In this document: piece by piece, positions 7,593 to 16,734 of the stretch
How the letters are laid out: each line of letters starts with the position of its first letter
How positions within the stretch are numbered: position 1 is the first letter of the stretch
IMG/VR virus record: IMGVR_UViG_3300045988_011650
Length of the DNA stretch: 46,068 bases
Direction: 5' to 3' (one strand)
DNA from: a virus
Notes under the pieces: generated by a model
Databases searched by the model: none
What the model was told of the DNA's origin: nothing
What the model saw: the letters and a program-made list of their open reading frames with translations, nothing else
Translations under genes and position numbers: made by a program

Positions 7593-7854
7593 AGTGTGGG
7601 ATGCCCTGAAAAATCATGCCAAACAGGTTCATTCAGAACGGGTTGCAAAGAACCCCGACCGGATCGCCTATGCCATTCAGCAGTTTGAAGCCCACGGCAT
7701 TGAATACCAACTGAAAAATGAGCAAACAGGCCACTTCCATTGTTGGCGGAAGTCTGATGATAAACTGTTTCAATTCTACGCTGGAACGGGTAAAATTCAG
7801 GGCTTCACCCAAGTCAGAGGTATTCACAGCCTGATTCAGATGTTGGAGGGGTGA
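7579..7854 (+). CDS. Hypothetical protein
   Basis: Start set at MARDEVWDALKNH after GGAAGGTGG. Confidence 0.5.
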   Translation: MARDEVWDALKNHAKQVHSERVAKNPDRIAYAIQQFEAHGIEYQLKNEQTGHFHCWRKSDDKLFQFYAGTGKIQGFTQVRGIHSLIQMLEG

Positions 7855-7858
7855 GCCG

Positions 7859-8281
7859 ATGGCCGGTGAAAAGAACTTTGAAAACCGCCTGAAGAAGTGG
7901 TTGGAAAGTGAAGGGATTTATCCCTTGGGTGAACCAGTTGACCGCATGAGCGCCCCGCCCTGTGGCTTCTATGAAAAGCGTTGGGGTGGAAGCCGGTATG
8001 TGAAAAGCGGCCTTCCCGATATGCGGATCACCGTGAAGGGCATTGCCCTTGAAGTGGAGTTGAAAGCCACTAACGGAACCCCATCTGTGCTTCAGAAGCG
8101 GAATATTCGCCAAATCAATAATAGCGGCGGAATAGCAATGGTGCTATACCCACAAGGGTTTGACACATTCCAAGACATAATAAAGGGGGTGAAATCGTGT
8201 CCACAAGATTTTCCCATAGCCGGGTTGAAGTGTTTGATCGTTGCCCATTCAAATATCGGTTGCGATATGTTGATGGGTTAG
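7859..8281 (+). CDS. VRR-NUC-type PD-(D/E)XK nuclease
   Basis: GLPDMRITVKGIALEVELKATNGTPSVLQKRNIRQINNSGG; the 3' end overlaps the next gene by 85 nt. Confidence 0.7.
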   Translation: MAGEKNFENRLKKWLESEGIYPLGEPVDRMSAPPCGFYEKRWGGSRYVKSGLPDMRITVKGIALEVELKATNGTPSVLQKRNIRQINNSGGIAMVLYPQGFDTFQDIIKGVKSCPQDFPIAGLKCLIVAHSNIGCDMLMG

Positions 8282-10116
8282 ACACGATCCCGAACACGGA
8301 CGCAGACAACGCCCTGATTCTTGGCACCGCCCTTCACACCGGCATTGAAGAAGGGGTTGAACAAGCCCTTGACTTCTACAAGAACAGCTTCCCGGTTCTG
8401 ACGGATGATCACATTCATGAAATGATGAAGCTGGAAGCCATGATTCCCAAGGCAAAGGCCATGTTGCCACCGGGCGGAACCTTTGAACTTCCAATCGGGA
8501 ACGCTGATTTCATTGGCTTCATGGATTATCTGTGGCCCTGTGGTTGGGATTCCAGAACCAATGAAACCTTGTTTGATCTGTACGATTTCAAGTATTCCAA
8601 CAACGCCAAGAACTACGCCGTTTCCGGTCAGCTTCACGAATACAAGTATTGGTATGAACTGACCCATCCCGGCCACCGGATCAGAAATATGTATTTCCTG
8701 ATTGTTCCCAAGCCCAAGATCAGGCAGAAAAGCACCGAAACCCTTTCCCAATTCCGTGACCGCTTGCAAGCGGCCTTGAAAGATGCTGAACCAATGCTGA
8801 TGCCGGTTCAGTACAACCCCATGAAGATTGTGGACTTCCTGACCGATGTGAAGCACATGGTTGAAGCCACAGACTTTCCCAAGAACCCAAACCATTTTTG
8901 TGGATGGTGTGAGTATGAAGAATATTGTCAGAAAGGATGGGATTATATGTTACTTCCCAAGAATGAACGCCGTGATCTGAACGCCACCAAGAAGAAGGTT
9001 GTGTGGCTTTACGGCGCACCCTTCAGCGGCAAAACCTTCTTTGCCAATCAGTTCCCCGATCCCCTGATGTTGAACACGGATGGCAACATCAAGTTTGTGG
9101 ATGCCCCCTATATCGCCATTCGTGACACCGTTACGGTGGAAGGCCGTATCACCAAGCGCAAGTTGGCCTATGAAGTGTTCATGGATGCCGTGGCCGAACT
9201 GGAAAAGAAACAGAACGATTTCCGAACCATCGTGGTTGACCTTCTGGAAGATGTTTATGAATCGTGCCGGGTTTACATCTGTGACCGTCAGGGCTGGAAG
9301 CATGAATCTGATGATTCCTTCCGTGCGTGGGATATGGTCAGAAGTGAGTTCCTGAACACCCTGAAGCGGCTTGTGAATCTGGACTATGAAAACATCATCC
9401 TGATCAGCCATGAGGACAGAAGCCGTGACCTGACCCGCAAGGGCGGCGATAAGATCAGTTCCATCAAGCCGAACCTTCAGGATAAGGTGGCAAACAAGGT
9501 GGCCGGTATGGTTGATCTGGTGGCCCGTATCGTGGCGGACGATGATGAACGGGTGCTGTCATTCAAGACTTCTGAAGTGATCTTCGGCGGTGGCCGTTTG
9601 ACTGTCCGTGATAAGGAAATCCCGCTGACCTATGACGCTTTCTGTGAAGTCTACGAGGAAGCCAACCAGAAGGCCGCAGGAGCCGTAAAGCGTGGCGGCA
9701 ATACCCCGGCTACCCCCGCACCTGAAACCACCGACACGCCCACCACAGCGCCCAGCAGACGGGGCAGAAAGGCCAAGACTGAAACCCCGCCCCCGGCTGA
9801 TAACTATGATCCGGCTGAAGATGCGGCAAAGGCGGCTTGTGGTGATCCTGATGGAACTTGGACACCGGGCGGCGGTGACACCCCGCCTTGGAACGATCTT
9901 CCCAAATGCCCGGACGGTGAGCGCATTTTCAAACAGCATGACCAGAACCCGGAAATTCCCCTTTGCCCGTCCATTGACGCTGGCCACCGTTGCCACAAGG
10001 AAGGTGGCCCCGATGGTTGCCCCCTGTGGGATCGCCCCAAGGCCCCGGCAGAAGAAGGCGCACCCAAGACGGATGCCAACCCGCCCCGCCGTACCCGGAA
10101 GAAGCGTGAAGAATAA
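8197..10116 (+). CDS. Fusion protein: Cas4/RecB-like PD-(D/E)XK exonuclease plus AAA_24 (Sak4-like) P-loop ATPase plus Pro-rich Cys/His tail
   Basis: FDRCPFKYRL, LYDFKYS, QLHEYKY, CGWCEYEEYC (nuclease with Cys cluster); VVWLYGAPFSGKTFFANQFPDPLMLNTDGN (Walker A, nt 9013-9036); tail from about aa 480 is rich in P/T/G with CPDG, CPSIDAGHRCH, CPLW. Confidence 0.8.
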   Translation: MSTRFSHSRVEVFDRCPFKYRLRYVDGLDTIPNTDADNALILGTALHTGIEEGVEQALDFYKNSFPVLTDDHIHEMMKLEAMIPKAKAMLPPGGTFELPIGNADFIGFMDYLWPCGWDSRTNETLFDLYDFKYSNNAKNYAVSGQLHEYKYWYELTHPGHRIRNMYFLIVPKPKIRQKSTETLSQFRDRLQAALKDAEPMLMPVQYNPMKIVDFLTDVKHMVEATDFPKNPNHFCGWCEYEEYCQKGWDYMLLPKNERRDLNATKKKVVWLYGAPFSGKTFFANQFPDPLMLNTDGNIKFVDAPYIAIRDTVTVEGRITKRKLAYEVFMDAVAELEKKQNDFRTIVVDLLEDVYESCRVYICDRQGWKHESDDSFRAWDMVRSEFLNTLKRLVNLDYENIILISHEDRSRDLTRKGGDKISSIKPNLQDKVANKVAGMVDLVARIVADDDERVLSFKTSEVIFGGGRLTVRDKEIPLTYDAFCEVYEEANQKAAGAVKRGGNTPATPAPETTDTPTTAPSRRGRKAKTETPPPADNYDPAEDAAKAACGDPDGTWTPGGGDTPPWNDLPKCPDGERIFKQHDQNPEIPLCPSIDAGHRCHKEGGPDGCPLWDRPKAPAEEGAPKTDANPPRRTRKKREE

Positions 10117-10451
10117 TGGCTGAAGTGCTGATGATTGCCGGGAAGCCTGAAACCATCTTCAAGGCCCGTGATTTTGAATATCTGGTTGAAAAATACATGG
10201 GTTATGAAGCGGCCAAGTATTTCCGGGAATACGCTGAAAAGGCTGATGAAGAAGTCAGATCGGCCAAGGCCGGTGAGAACACAGACCTTGCTTCCTATGA
10301 AGCTGACCTTGAAAGCAATCACAGAGCCTTTCAGGACATTCAGACGGAAGCCGCAGTTATCACGGGTGTTCTTCAAGAAAAACGGATAAACCGTGAGAAG
10401 ATCGCCCATGCAGTCAGGGAAATTGGAAAAATTCTTTCCAACCAAATATAA
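10116..10451 (+). CDS. Hypothetical acidic coiled-coil protein
   Basis: 111-aa ORF; its start overlaps the upstream stop. Confidence 0.55.
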   Translation: MAEVLMIAGKPETIFKARDFEYLVEKYMGYEAAKYFREYAEKADEEVRSAKAGENTDLASYEADLESNHRAFQDIQTEAAVITGVLQEKRINREKIAHAVREIGKILSNQI

Positions 10452-10479
10452 AAAACAACATTTTTGGAGGTAAAAAACT

Positions 10480-10950
10480 ATGGCTATTGATTTTGACAAG
10501 ATTGATCGTTCTGTTGATCTGAAGGGCCTTCAGGCTGATGTGGAGGATGCCAAGAAGAACGGCGGCGGTGATTTCCCCACCATTCCCGCTGGCAAGTATG
10601 AAGTGAAGCTGGAAAGCATGGAGATCAAAGGCACCAAGGCTGATCCCAACCGCCCCATGCTGGCTGTGTCCTTCAAAATCCTGTCCGGTGAGTTCAAGAA
10701 CCAGCGCCTTTTCATGAACCGTGTCCTTTACGGCACCAAGAACGACAAGAACATGATCGCTTCCGCTATGGGCTTCCTTGAAAAGCTGGATTCCGGTGTT
10801 CCTGTCAGCTTCACCAGCTACAAGCAGTTTTCCCAGCTTGTTCTTGATGTGGCGGAAGCCATTGATGGAAACTTGGAATATGCGGTGGACTACGATGATT
10901 CCCGCTTCAATTCCATCACCGTTGAAGAAGTTTTCGAGGTTGAAAACTGA
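10480..10950 (+). CDS. DUF669-like protein (putative ssDNA-binding partner of the AAA_24 ATPase)
   Basis: FPTIPAGKYEVKLESMEIKGTKADPNRPMLAVSFKILSGEF pattern and position in the recombination module. Confidence 0.55.
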   Translation: MAIDFDKIDRSVDLKGLQADVEDAKKNGGGDFPTIPAGKYEVKLESMEIKGTKADPNRPMLAVSFKILSGEFKNQRLFMNRVLYGTKNDKNMIASAMGFLEKLDSGVPVSFTSYKQFSQLVLDVAEAIDGNLEYAVDYDDSRFNSITVEEVFEVEN

Positions 10951-10988
10951 CCCAAAATTTTTTATAATCAAATCGAGCACATATAGTG
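10940..10988 (+). promoter_or_regulatory. Candidate sigma-70 promoter followed by the conserved 19-mer, copy 2
   Basis: TTGAAA 10940-10945, 17-nt spacer, TATAAT 10963-10968, then AAATCGAGCACATATAGTG 10970-10988. Confidence 0.55.
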
Positions 10989-11133
10989 CTTGATACGGTT
11001 TTGAACCTTAACTTTCAAGCACCAAATGTGGGGCTTCGGCCCCACAATGGCCCCAAGTAAAAGCCTTCCCGTGGCGGGGCTGATAAGGCGGCAACGCTGA
11101 CCGATTTCACAAAAGCTGAAAGGATGTGAGTTG

Positions 11134-12936
11134 ATGATCTTCTATGATTTTGAGGTTTTCCGGTATGACTGGCTGGTTGTTCTGATCGACCTGAACGCCC
11201 GAAGAGAAACCGTGATTATCAACGATCCCGACAAGCTGAAACGCTTCTATGAGGAACACAAGGGTGTGATTTGGGCCGGTTACAATTCCCGGAACTATGA
11301 TCAGTACATCCTGAAGGCCATTCTGTGTGGGTTTGATCCAAAGCCTGTGAATGATTGGATCATTGCAGAGGATAAACCCGGTTACAGATATTCAAGCCTG
11401 TTCAGAGAATACCCGCTGATCAATTATGATGTGATGCCGAACCCGCCAATCAGCCTGAAAGCGCTGGAAGCGTTCATGGGCCATTCCATTAAAGAAACTT
11501 CTGTGCCCTTCGACATTGACCGGCCTTTGACTGAAGCAGAGTTGGCCGAAACGGTCAAATATTGCCGCCATGATGTGGAACAGACAGTGGAAGTGTGGCT
11601 ACGGCGGAAGGAAGATGAATTTGATGCCCAAATGTTACTTGTGAAGGCGTTCCACCTTCCCATTTCTGACATTGGCCGCACCAAAGCACAGCTTTCCGCC
11701 AAAATCCTTGGGGCCGTTCAAAGGGAACACAATGATGAATTTGAAATTGAGTTCCCGCCCAGCTTGCGGATCGAAAAATACACGGAAGTTTTGAATTGGT
11801 ACAAGAACCCCTTGAACCGTGATTATTCCAAAACCCTTGAACTGGATGTGGCCGGGGTTCCCCATGTGTTCGCTTGGGGCGGCCTTCACGGGGCTATTCC
11901 CAAATATCACGGGGAAGGTTGGTTTGTCAATGTGGATGCGGCTTCCTATTACCCGTCTTTGATGCTGGTTTATAAGTGGCTTTCCCGTAATGTTCACGAT
12001 CCTTCCAAGTATGCGGAAATCTACCACACCCGCCTGAAGCTGAAGGCGGAGAAGAACCCCATGCAACAGCCTTACAAGATTGTTCTAAACAGCACCTATG
12101 GCGCTATGAAGGATAAGCACAATGCCATGTATGATCCCCGGCAAGCCAACAATGTTTGTGTGGGCGGTCAGCTTCTTCTTCTGGATTTGATTGAACGGCT
12201 GGAAGATCATTGTGAAATCATCCAGAGCAACACGGATGGTATTTTGGTCAAACTTCGCCGGTATGAAGATTTTGAAATGCTGGACGATCTGTGTTGGGAG
12301 TGGGAGCAAAGAACCGGGATGCGCCTTGAATTTGATGAATTTCAAAAGGTGTATCAGAAAGATGTGAACAATTACATCATTATTCCTTCCGGGCCGCTTC
12401 GTGATGAAAAAGGGAAACCCCGCTGGAAGTGCAAGGGTGCCTATGTCAAAAAGCTGTCTGATCTGGATTATGACCTTCCCATTGTCAACCGGGCCATTGT
12501 GAACTATTTCCTTCATGGGATCAGCCCGGAAACAACCATCATGGAATGTTCCAATCTTCGAGATTTTCAGAAGGTTGTGAAGGTGTCCAGCAAGTACAAA
12601 TATGCCCTTTATTCCCCGGTGGTTACGGAAGCTAAGATCAGGGATGAAAAAGGCCGTTCTAAGAAAATCACCCGCTTCAGCGGCGGTGAGGTTCAGACGG
12701 ATAAAACCTTCCGGGTGTTCGCTTCCAAGGATCAGAGCAAGGGCGGAATCTTCAAGGTTTCCGGGAAAATCGTCAAGGGCCGGGAAAAGAACCCTGAAAA
12801 GTTCGGCAACACCCCGGATCATTGTTTCTTTATCAATGATGATGTGACCAACCTTCCTATCCCGGATGAACTGGACAAGCAGTATTACATTGATGTTGCT
12901 TGGGATCGGTTGAAAGATTTCGGGGTGGAACGATGA
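11134..12936 (+). CDS. DNA polymerase with 3'-5' exonuclease domain (family-B-like motifs)
   Basis: Exo motifs FYDFEVF, NSRNYDQYIL, YCRHDVEQ; polymerase motifs VDAASYYPSLM, KIVLNSTYGAMK, QSNTDGILV. ATG at 11134 after GAAAGGA (TTG at 11131 is an alternative). Confidence 0.8.
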   Translation: MIFYDFEVFRYDWLVVLIDLNARRETVIINDPDKLKRFYEEHKGVIWAGYNSRNYDQYILKAILCGFDPKPVNDWIIAEDKPGYRYSSLFREYPLINYDVMPNPPISLKALEAFMGHSIKETSVPFDIDRPLTEAELAETVKYCRHDVEQTVEVWLRRKEDEFDAQMLLVKAFHLPISDIGRTKAQLSAKILGAVQREHNDEFEIEFPPSLRIEKYTEVLNWYKNPLNRDYSKTLELDVAGVPHVFAWGGLHGAIPKYHGEGWFVNVDAASYYPSLMLVYKWLSRNVHDPSKYAEIYHTRLKLKAEKNPMQQPYKIVLNSTYGAMKDKHNAMYDPRQANNVCVGGQLLLLDLIERLEDHCEIIQSNTDGILVKLRRYEDFEMLDDLCWEWEQRTGMRLEFDEFQKVYQKDVNNYIIIPSGPLRDEKGKPRWKCKGAYVKKLSDLDYDLPIVNRAIVNYFLHGISPETTIMECSNLRDFQKVVKVSSKYKYALYSPVVTEAKIRDEKGRSKKITRFSGGEVQTDKTFRVFASKDQSKGGIFKVSGKIVKGREKNPEKFGNTPDHCFFINDDVTNLPIPDELDKQYYIDVAWDRLKDFGVER

Positions 12937-12971
12937 ACAATAAAACCTTTCGGGGGGGGGAGCGTTGAAGC

Positions 12972-14861
12972 ATGGAACTGTTTAGGGGCTATGTGCCTAC
13001 CAGAAATAAACAATGCCTTGAAAAATTCAAAGGCGTTGAAAAACTGAAAACCCGTTCAGAAGTCCAAGACCTTGATGAATACGCCGGTATTCTTGGAGAA
13101 GAAACCATTCTGATTGATGTGGACGATGCGGAAACATCTGAACTTTTGTTCAGAATTGTTCAGGATTTAGAACTGAAATGCAGAGTGTACGCCACCACAC
13201 GGGGAAAACACTTCTTGTTCAAGAACTGTGGTGTTAAAAAAAGCTGGACGAAATGCACCTTGGCCGTGGGTATCACCACGGATGGAAAGGTTGGAGCCAA
13301 TAACAGCTATGAAATCTTGAAGTCCGGTGGCGTGGAACGGCCCATTCTGTATGACTTCCCTGAAGGGGAGATTCAGGAACTCCCCAAGTGGCTGACCCCA
13401 GTGAAAAGCAACTATGATTTCCCGAACCTTGGGGAAGGTGATGGGCGGAACCAAACCCTGTTCAATTACATTCTGACCCTTCAGAGTGACGATTTCACCA
13501 AGGAAGAAGCCCGTGAATGTATCAGGCTGATTAACCGTTATGTGCTGAAGAAGCCCCTTTCCGACAAGGAACTTGATGTGATCCTTCGGGATGATGCCTT
13601 CAAGAAAACATCCTTCTTCCGGGATAAAACCTTCCTGTTTGATAAGTTCGCCACCTACCTGAAGAACAACAACCATATTGTGAAGATCAATAACCAGCTT
13701 CACATTTACAAGGATGGTATCTATGTTTCCGGTGCCGGTGAAATTGAAGGGGCCATGATCAAGCTGATCAGCAACCTGAAACGGGCGTGGCGTTCGGAAG
13801 TCCTGTCCTATCTGGAAATCATGATTGAGGAAAACACCAAGGCCACCAACCCGAATATCATTGCTTTCAGCAACGGCCTTTACAACATCCGGGATGGTTC
13901 CTTCAAAGAGTTCACCCCGGATGTGGTCATTACAAACAAAATCCCGTGGCCGTACAACCCCGCCGCCCATGATGATCTGTTGGATCATACCCTGAACCGG
14001 CTGGCCTGTGATGATCCTGAAGTCCGGGCCTTGCTGGAAGAAATTGTGGGCTATTGTATGTACCGCCGCAATGAACTTGGCAAAGCCTTCATCCTGATTG
14101 GCGATAAGAGCAACGGCAAATCCACCTTCCTTCATGTGGTGAAGAACCTTCTTGGGGATCAGAACATTGCTTCCCTTGACCTGAAGGAATTGGGCGATAG
14201 GTTCAAAACCGCTGAACTGTTCGGCAAGCTGGCGAACATCGGTGATGATATTGGTGATGAATTTATTGCCAATGCTTCCGTGTTCAAGAAGCTGGTCACG
14301 GGTGATCGGGTGAATGTGGAGCGCAAAGGCCAAGATCCATTTGAGTTCAACAATTATTCCAAGTTCCTGTTCAGCGCCAACAATATTCCCCGTATCAAGG
14401 ATAAAACCGGAGCCGTTCAGCGGCGTTTGGTGATCGTTCCCTTCGATGCCAAGTTCACCCCCAATGATGCTGACTTCCGCCCGTTCATCAAGGATGAATT
14501 GTGTGAACAGGGTTCAATGGAATATCTGGCCTTGCTTGGCCTTCAGGGGTTGAAGCGGGTTCTTGGGAACGCACAGTTCACCACTTCCAGCAGAGTTCAG
14601 GGGCAGTTGGACGAATATGAGGAAAACAACAACCCCATTATTGGGTTCATCAATGAAGTGGGCCTTGACGGGATTGAAAATGAAGCCACCGATTCTGTGT
14701 ATCGCCGGTATAAGGAATATTGCATTGCAAACAACTTCCAAGCCCTTTCCAAGATTGAGTTTTCCCGGCAGATCACAAAACGCTGTGGCTTCACAACGGT
14801 TCCCAAGTGGATCAGAAACCGGAAAACCCGTGTATTTGTGAAAGGCGGTGACACAGAATGA
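12972..14861 (+). CDS. Primase-helicase (prim-pol N-terminus, P4/D5-type P-loop C-terminus)
   Basis: ILIDVDD and TTRGKHFLF (prim-pol); ILIGDKSNGKSTF (Walker A), NIGDDIGDEF (Walker B), VTGDRVNVERKGQDPFEF. Confidence 0.9.
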   Translation: MELFRGYVPTRNKQCLEKFKGVEKLKTRSEVQDLDEYAGILGEETILIDVDDAETSELLFRIVQDLELKCRVYATTRGKHFLFKNCGVKKSWTKCTLAVGITTDGKVGANNSYEILKSGGVERPILYDFPEGEIQELPKWLTPVKSNYDFPNLGEGDGRNQTLFNYILTLQSDDFTKEEARECIRLINRYVLKKPLSDKELDVILRDDAFKKTSFFRDKTFLFDKFATYLKNNNHIVKINNQLHIYKDGIYVSGAGEIEGAMIKLISNLKRAWRSEVLSYLEIMIEENTKATNPNIIAFSNGLYNIRDGSFKEFTPDVVITNKIPWPYNPAAHDDLLDHTLNRLACDDPEVRALLEEIVGYCMYRRNELGKAFILIGDKSNGKSTFLHVVKNLLGDQNIASLDLKELGDRFKTAELFGKLANIGDDIGDEFIANASVFKKLVTGDRVNVERKGQDPFEFNNYSKFLFSANNIPRIKDKTGAVQRRLVIVPFDAKFTPNDADFRPFIKDELCEQGSMEYLALLGLQGLKRVLGNAQFTTSSRVQGQLDEYEENNNPIIGFINEVGLDGIENEATDSVYRRYKEYCIANNFQALSKIEFSRQITKRCGFTTVPKWIRNRKTRVFVKGGDTE

Positions 14862-15442
14862 GTGGTTCCAAGAAGGTGTTCACCACTTTGGGCAGTTCCA
14901 ACCATGTTCCTGAAGAACGAGAAGCATTTGATTACTACGCCACCGATCCAAGGGCCGTGAAAATGCTTCTGGAACTGGAACAGTTTTCCCCGGTCATTTG
15001 GGAACCTGCCTGTGGGGAAGGCCATATTTCCAAGGTGCTTCAGGCCCACGGTTATGAAGTCATTTCAACTGATCTGATTTACCGGGGCTTCGGTGATCCT
15101 GAACCGTTGGATTTCCTGAAGGAAACGCTGGACGATTTTGAAGGCGATATAATCACAAACCCGCCATATTCAATGGGGCTTGAATTTGTTCAAAGGGCGC
15201 TTGAAAGCGTCCGCCCCGGTGGGAAAGTGGCTATGTTCCTGAAGGTTCAGTTCTTGGAGGGGCAAAAACGGGGTGAGTTCTTCAGGCATACCCCCCCCCG
15301 AAAAGTTTATATCAGCCGTTCCCGGCTGGCCTGTTATAAAAACGGTGATATGACCGGGAAACCGGAAAGCGCCATTGCCTATGCGTGGTATGTGTGGGAA
15401 AAGGGCTTCACCGGTGATCCGGTGATCAAATGGTTCAACTGA
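14858..15442 (+). CDS. Small orphan N6-adenine DNA methyltransferase (NPPY type) carrying an internal C9 tract
   Basis: WEPACGEGH (AdoMet motif I) and DIITNPPYS (motif IV); C9 at 15291-15299 encodes ..TPPR.. Confidence 0.75.
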   Translation: MSGSKKVFTTLGSSNHVPEEREAFDYYATDPRAVKMLLELEQFSPVIWEPACGEGHISKVLQAHGYEVISTDLIYRGFGDPEPLDFLKETLDDFEGDIITNPPYSMGLEFVQRALESVRPGGKVAMFLKVQFLEGQKRGEFFRHTPPRKVYISRSRLACYKNGDMTGKPESAIAYAWYVWEKGFTGDPVIKWFN

Positions 15443-15459
15443 AAGAAAGGATGATTTCA

Positions 15460-15765
15460 ATGTTACCTAAAACCAAAACGGAACGCCATTCCGATATTTG
15501 CAAGGAAATCAATGCCTTGTACGCCATGAAAAATCATGACTATGGTGACAGCTTTCACCAGACCTTCACGGAAGAAGGAATGGCAATGCCCCGGATCAGA
15601 CTTGGGGATAAGCTGGCCCGGTTCAAGAGCCTGACCAAATCCGAGGTTCAGGAAGTCAAGGATGAATCTATCCGTGATACCCTGATTGACCTTGCCAATT
15701 ACGCCATTATGACGGTTCTTGAACTGGACGATCTGAAAGCGGAGGAACACGCCGATGAACGCTAA
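15460..15765 (+). CDS. DUF1599-like (nucleotide-modification-associated domain 1) protein
   Basis: NALYAMKNHDYGDSFHQTF...RIRLGDKLARFKSL; ATG at 15460 is spaced 9 nt from AAAGG. Confidence 0.6.
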   Translation: MLPKTKTERHSDICKEINALYAMKNHDYGDSFHQTFTEEGMAMPRIRLGDKLARFKSLTKSEVQEVKDESIRDTLIDLANYAIMTVLELDDLKAEEHADER

Positions 15766-16087
15766 CCGTTATATGCGGGATTCCTTGCGAACCGCTGATC
15801 GTTCCAACATGGATCGGCTGAAGCTGGAATGTGCCTTGGGCCTTTGCGGTGAAGCCGGTGAAGTGGCCGAACAGGTGAAGAAACATTTCTTCCACGGCCA
15901 TGAACTGGACAAGCGCCACATGATTGAAGAACTTGGTGATGTGGCTTGGTATTTGGCCGTTTTGTGTGATGCCATTGGTTCTGACCTTGATACGGTCATG
16001 GAAGAAAACTTGAAAAAGCTGGAACAGCGTTACCCTGAAGGGTTCGATCCTTACCGGTCACAGCACCGGAATGAATTGGGAGGTTGA
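15755..16087 (+). CDS. MazG-like nucleoside triphosphate pyrophosphohydrolase
   Basis: LGLCGEAGEVAEQVKK...EELGDVAWYLAVLCD...NLKKLEQRYP. Confidence 0.85.
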   Translation: MNANRYMRDSLRTADRSNMDRLKLECALGLCGEAGEVAEQVKKHFFHGHELDKRHMIEELGDVAWYLAVLCDAIGSDLDTVMEENLKKLEQRYPEGFDPYRSQHRNELGG

Positions 16088-16092
16088 AGAAA

Positions 16093-16734
16093 ATGAAAAT
16101 TATCAAGCCTGATGTGCAGTTCATCACCCCGATTGATGGGGCCACCATCCTGAAGCGGTTGGAACAATGTGGCCGTGTCTGCTACAAGTCCGAGGACAAA
16201 ATCACGGAAGGTTCCGCTGAAAAGTTCGTTGCCGGGATCATCAAGCGTGGGCATGAAGCGGTTTTGGAACATTGTTCCTTCACGGTGAAGTTCATTTGTG
16301 ATCGTGGGGTTTCTCATGAGATCGTCCGCCACCGGATGGCTTCTTACTGTCAGGAATCCACCCGCTATTGCAATTACGGCAAGGGCAAGTTTGGTGAGGA
16401 AATCACGGTGATTGAACCTTGCTTCCTTGAACCCGGTTCCAGAGCCTATGACTATTGGCGGGATGCCTGTGAAGGGGTGGAAATTCGCTATTTTGATATG
16501 CTGGCGGAAGGATGCACACCGCAAGAAGCCCGTTCGGTTCTTCCCAACAGCCTGAAAACGGAAGTGGTCATGACGGCCAACATTCGTGAATGGCGGCATT
16601 TCCTGAAGTTGCGCTGTTCACCCGCCGCACATCCGCAGATGCGGGAAGTGGCCTTGATTCTGTTGGACAAGGTTCATTGGCTGATTCCGGTATGCTTCGA
16701 TGATATTTGGAGTGAATACCATGCCGATGTTTAA
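16093..16734 (+). CDS. thyX: FAD-dependent thymidylate synthase ThyX
   Basis: ThyX signature VRHRMASYCQESTRY (RHRxxSxxxxSxRY); GHEAVLEH; ATG at 16093 after GGGAGG. Confidence 0.9.
   Translation: MKIIKPDVQFITPIDGATILKRLEQCGRVCYKSEDKITEGSAEKFVAGIIKRGHEAVLEHCSFTVKFICDRGVSHEIVRHRMASYCQESTRYCNYGKGKFGEEITVIEPCFLEPGSRAYDYWRDACEGVEIRYFDMLAEGCTPQEARSVLPNSLKTEVVMTANIREWRHFLKLRCSPAAHPQMREVALILLDKVHWLIPVCFDDIWSEYHADV

Noticed and set aside
11027-11046. TGTGGGGC-TTCG-GCCCCACA hairpin as a terminator before the polymerase gene
   Set aside because: It is a perfect 8-bp stem with a UUCG loop, but no T-run follows. It lies downstream of a candidate promoter, so it is more likely a leader RNA stability element. 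It is not called as a terminator.
13167-14333. Long antisense ORFs opposite plus-strand genes (for example 13167-14333, 25429-26595, 28499-29923, 35584-36891, 37408-39261)
   Set aside because: Each lies opposite a gene with clear family motifs (primase, capsid, sheath, baseplate J, fibre). Their translations are low-complexity Gly/Ile/Val-rich shadows with no RBS.
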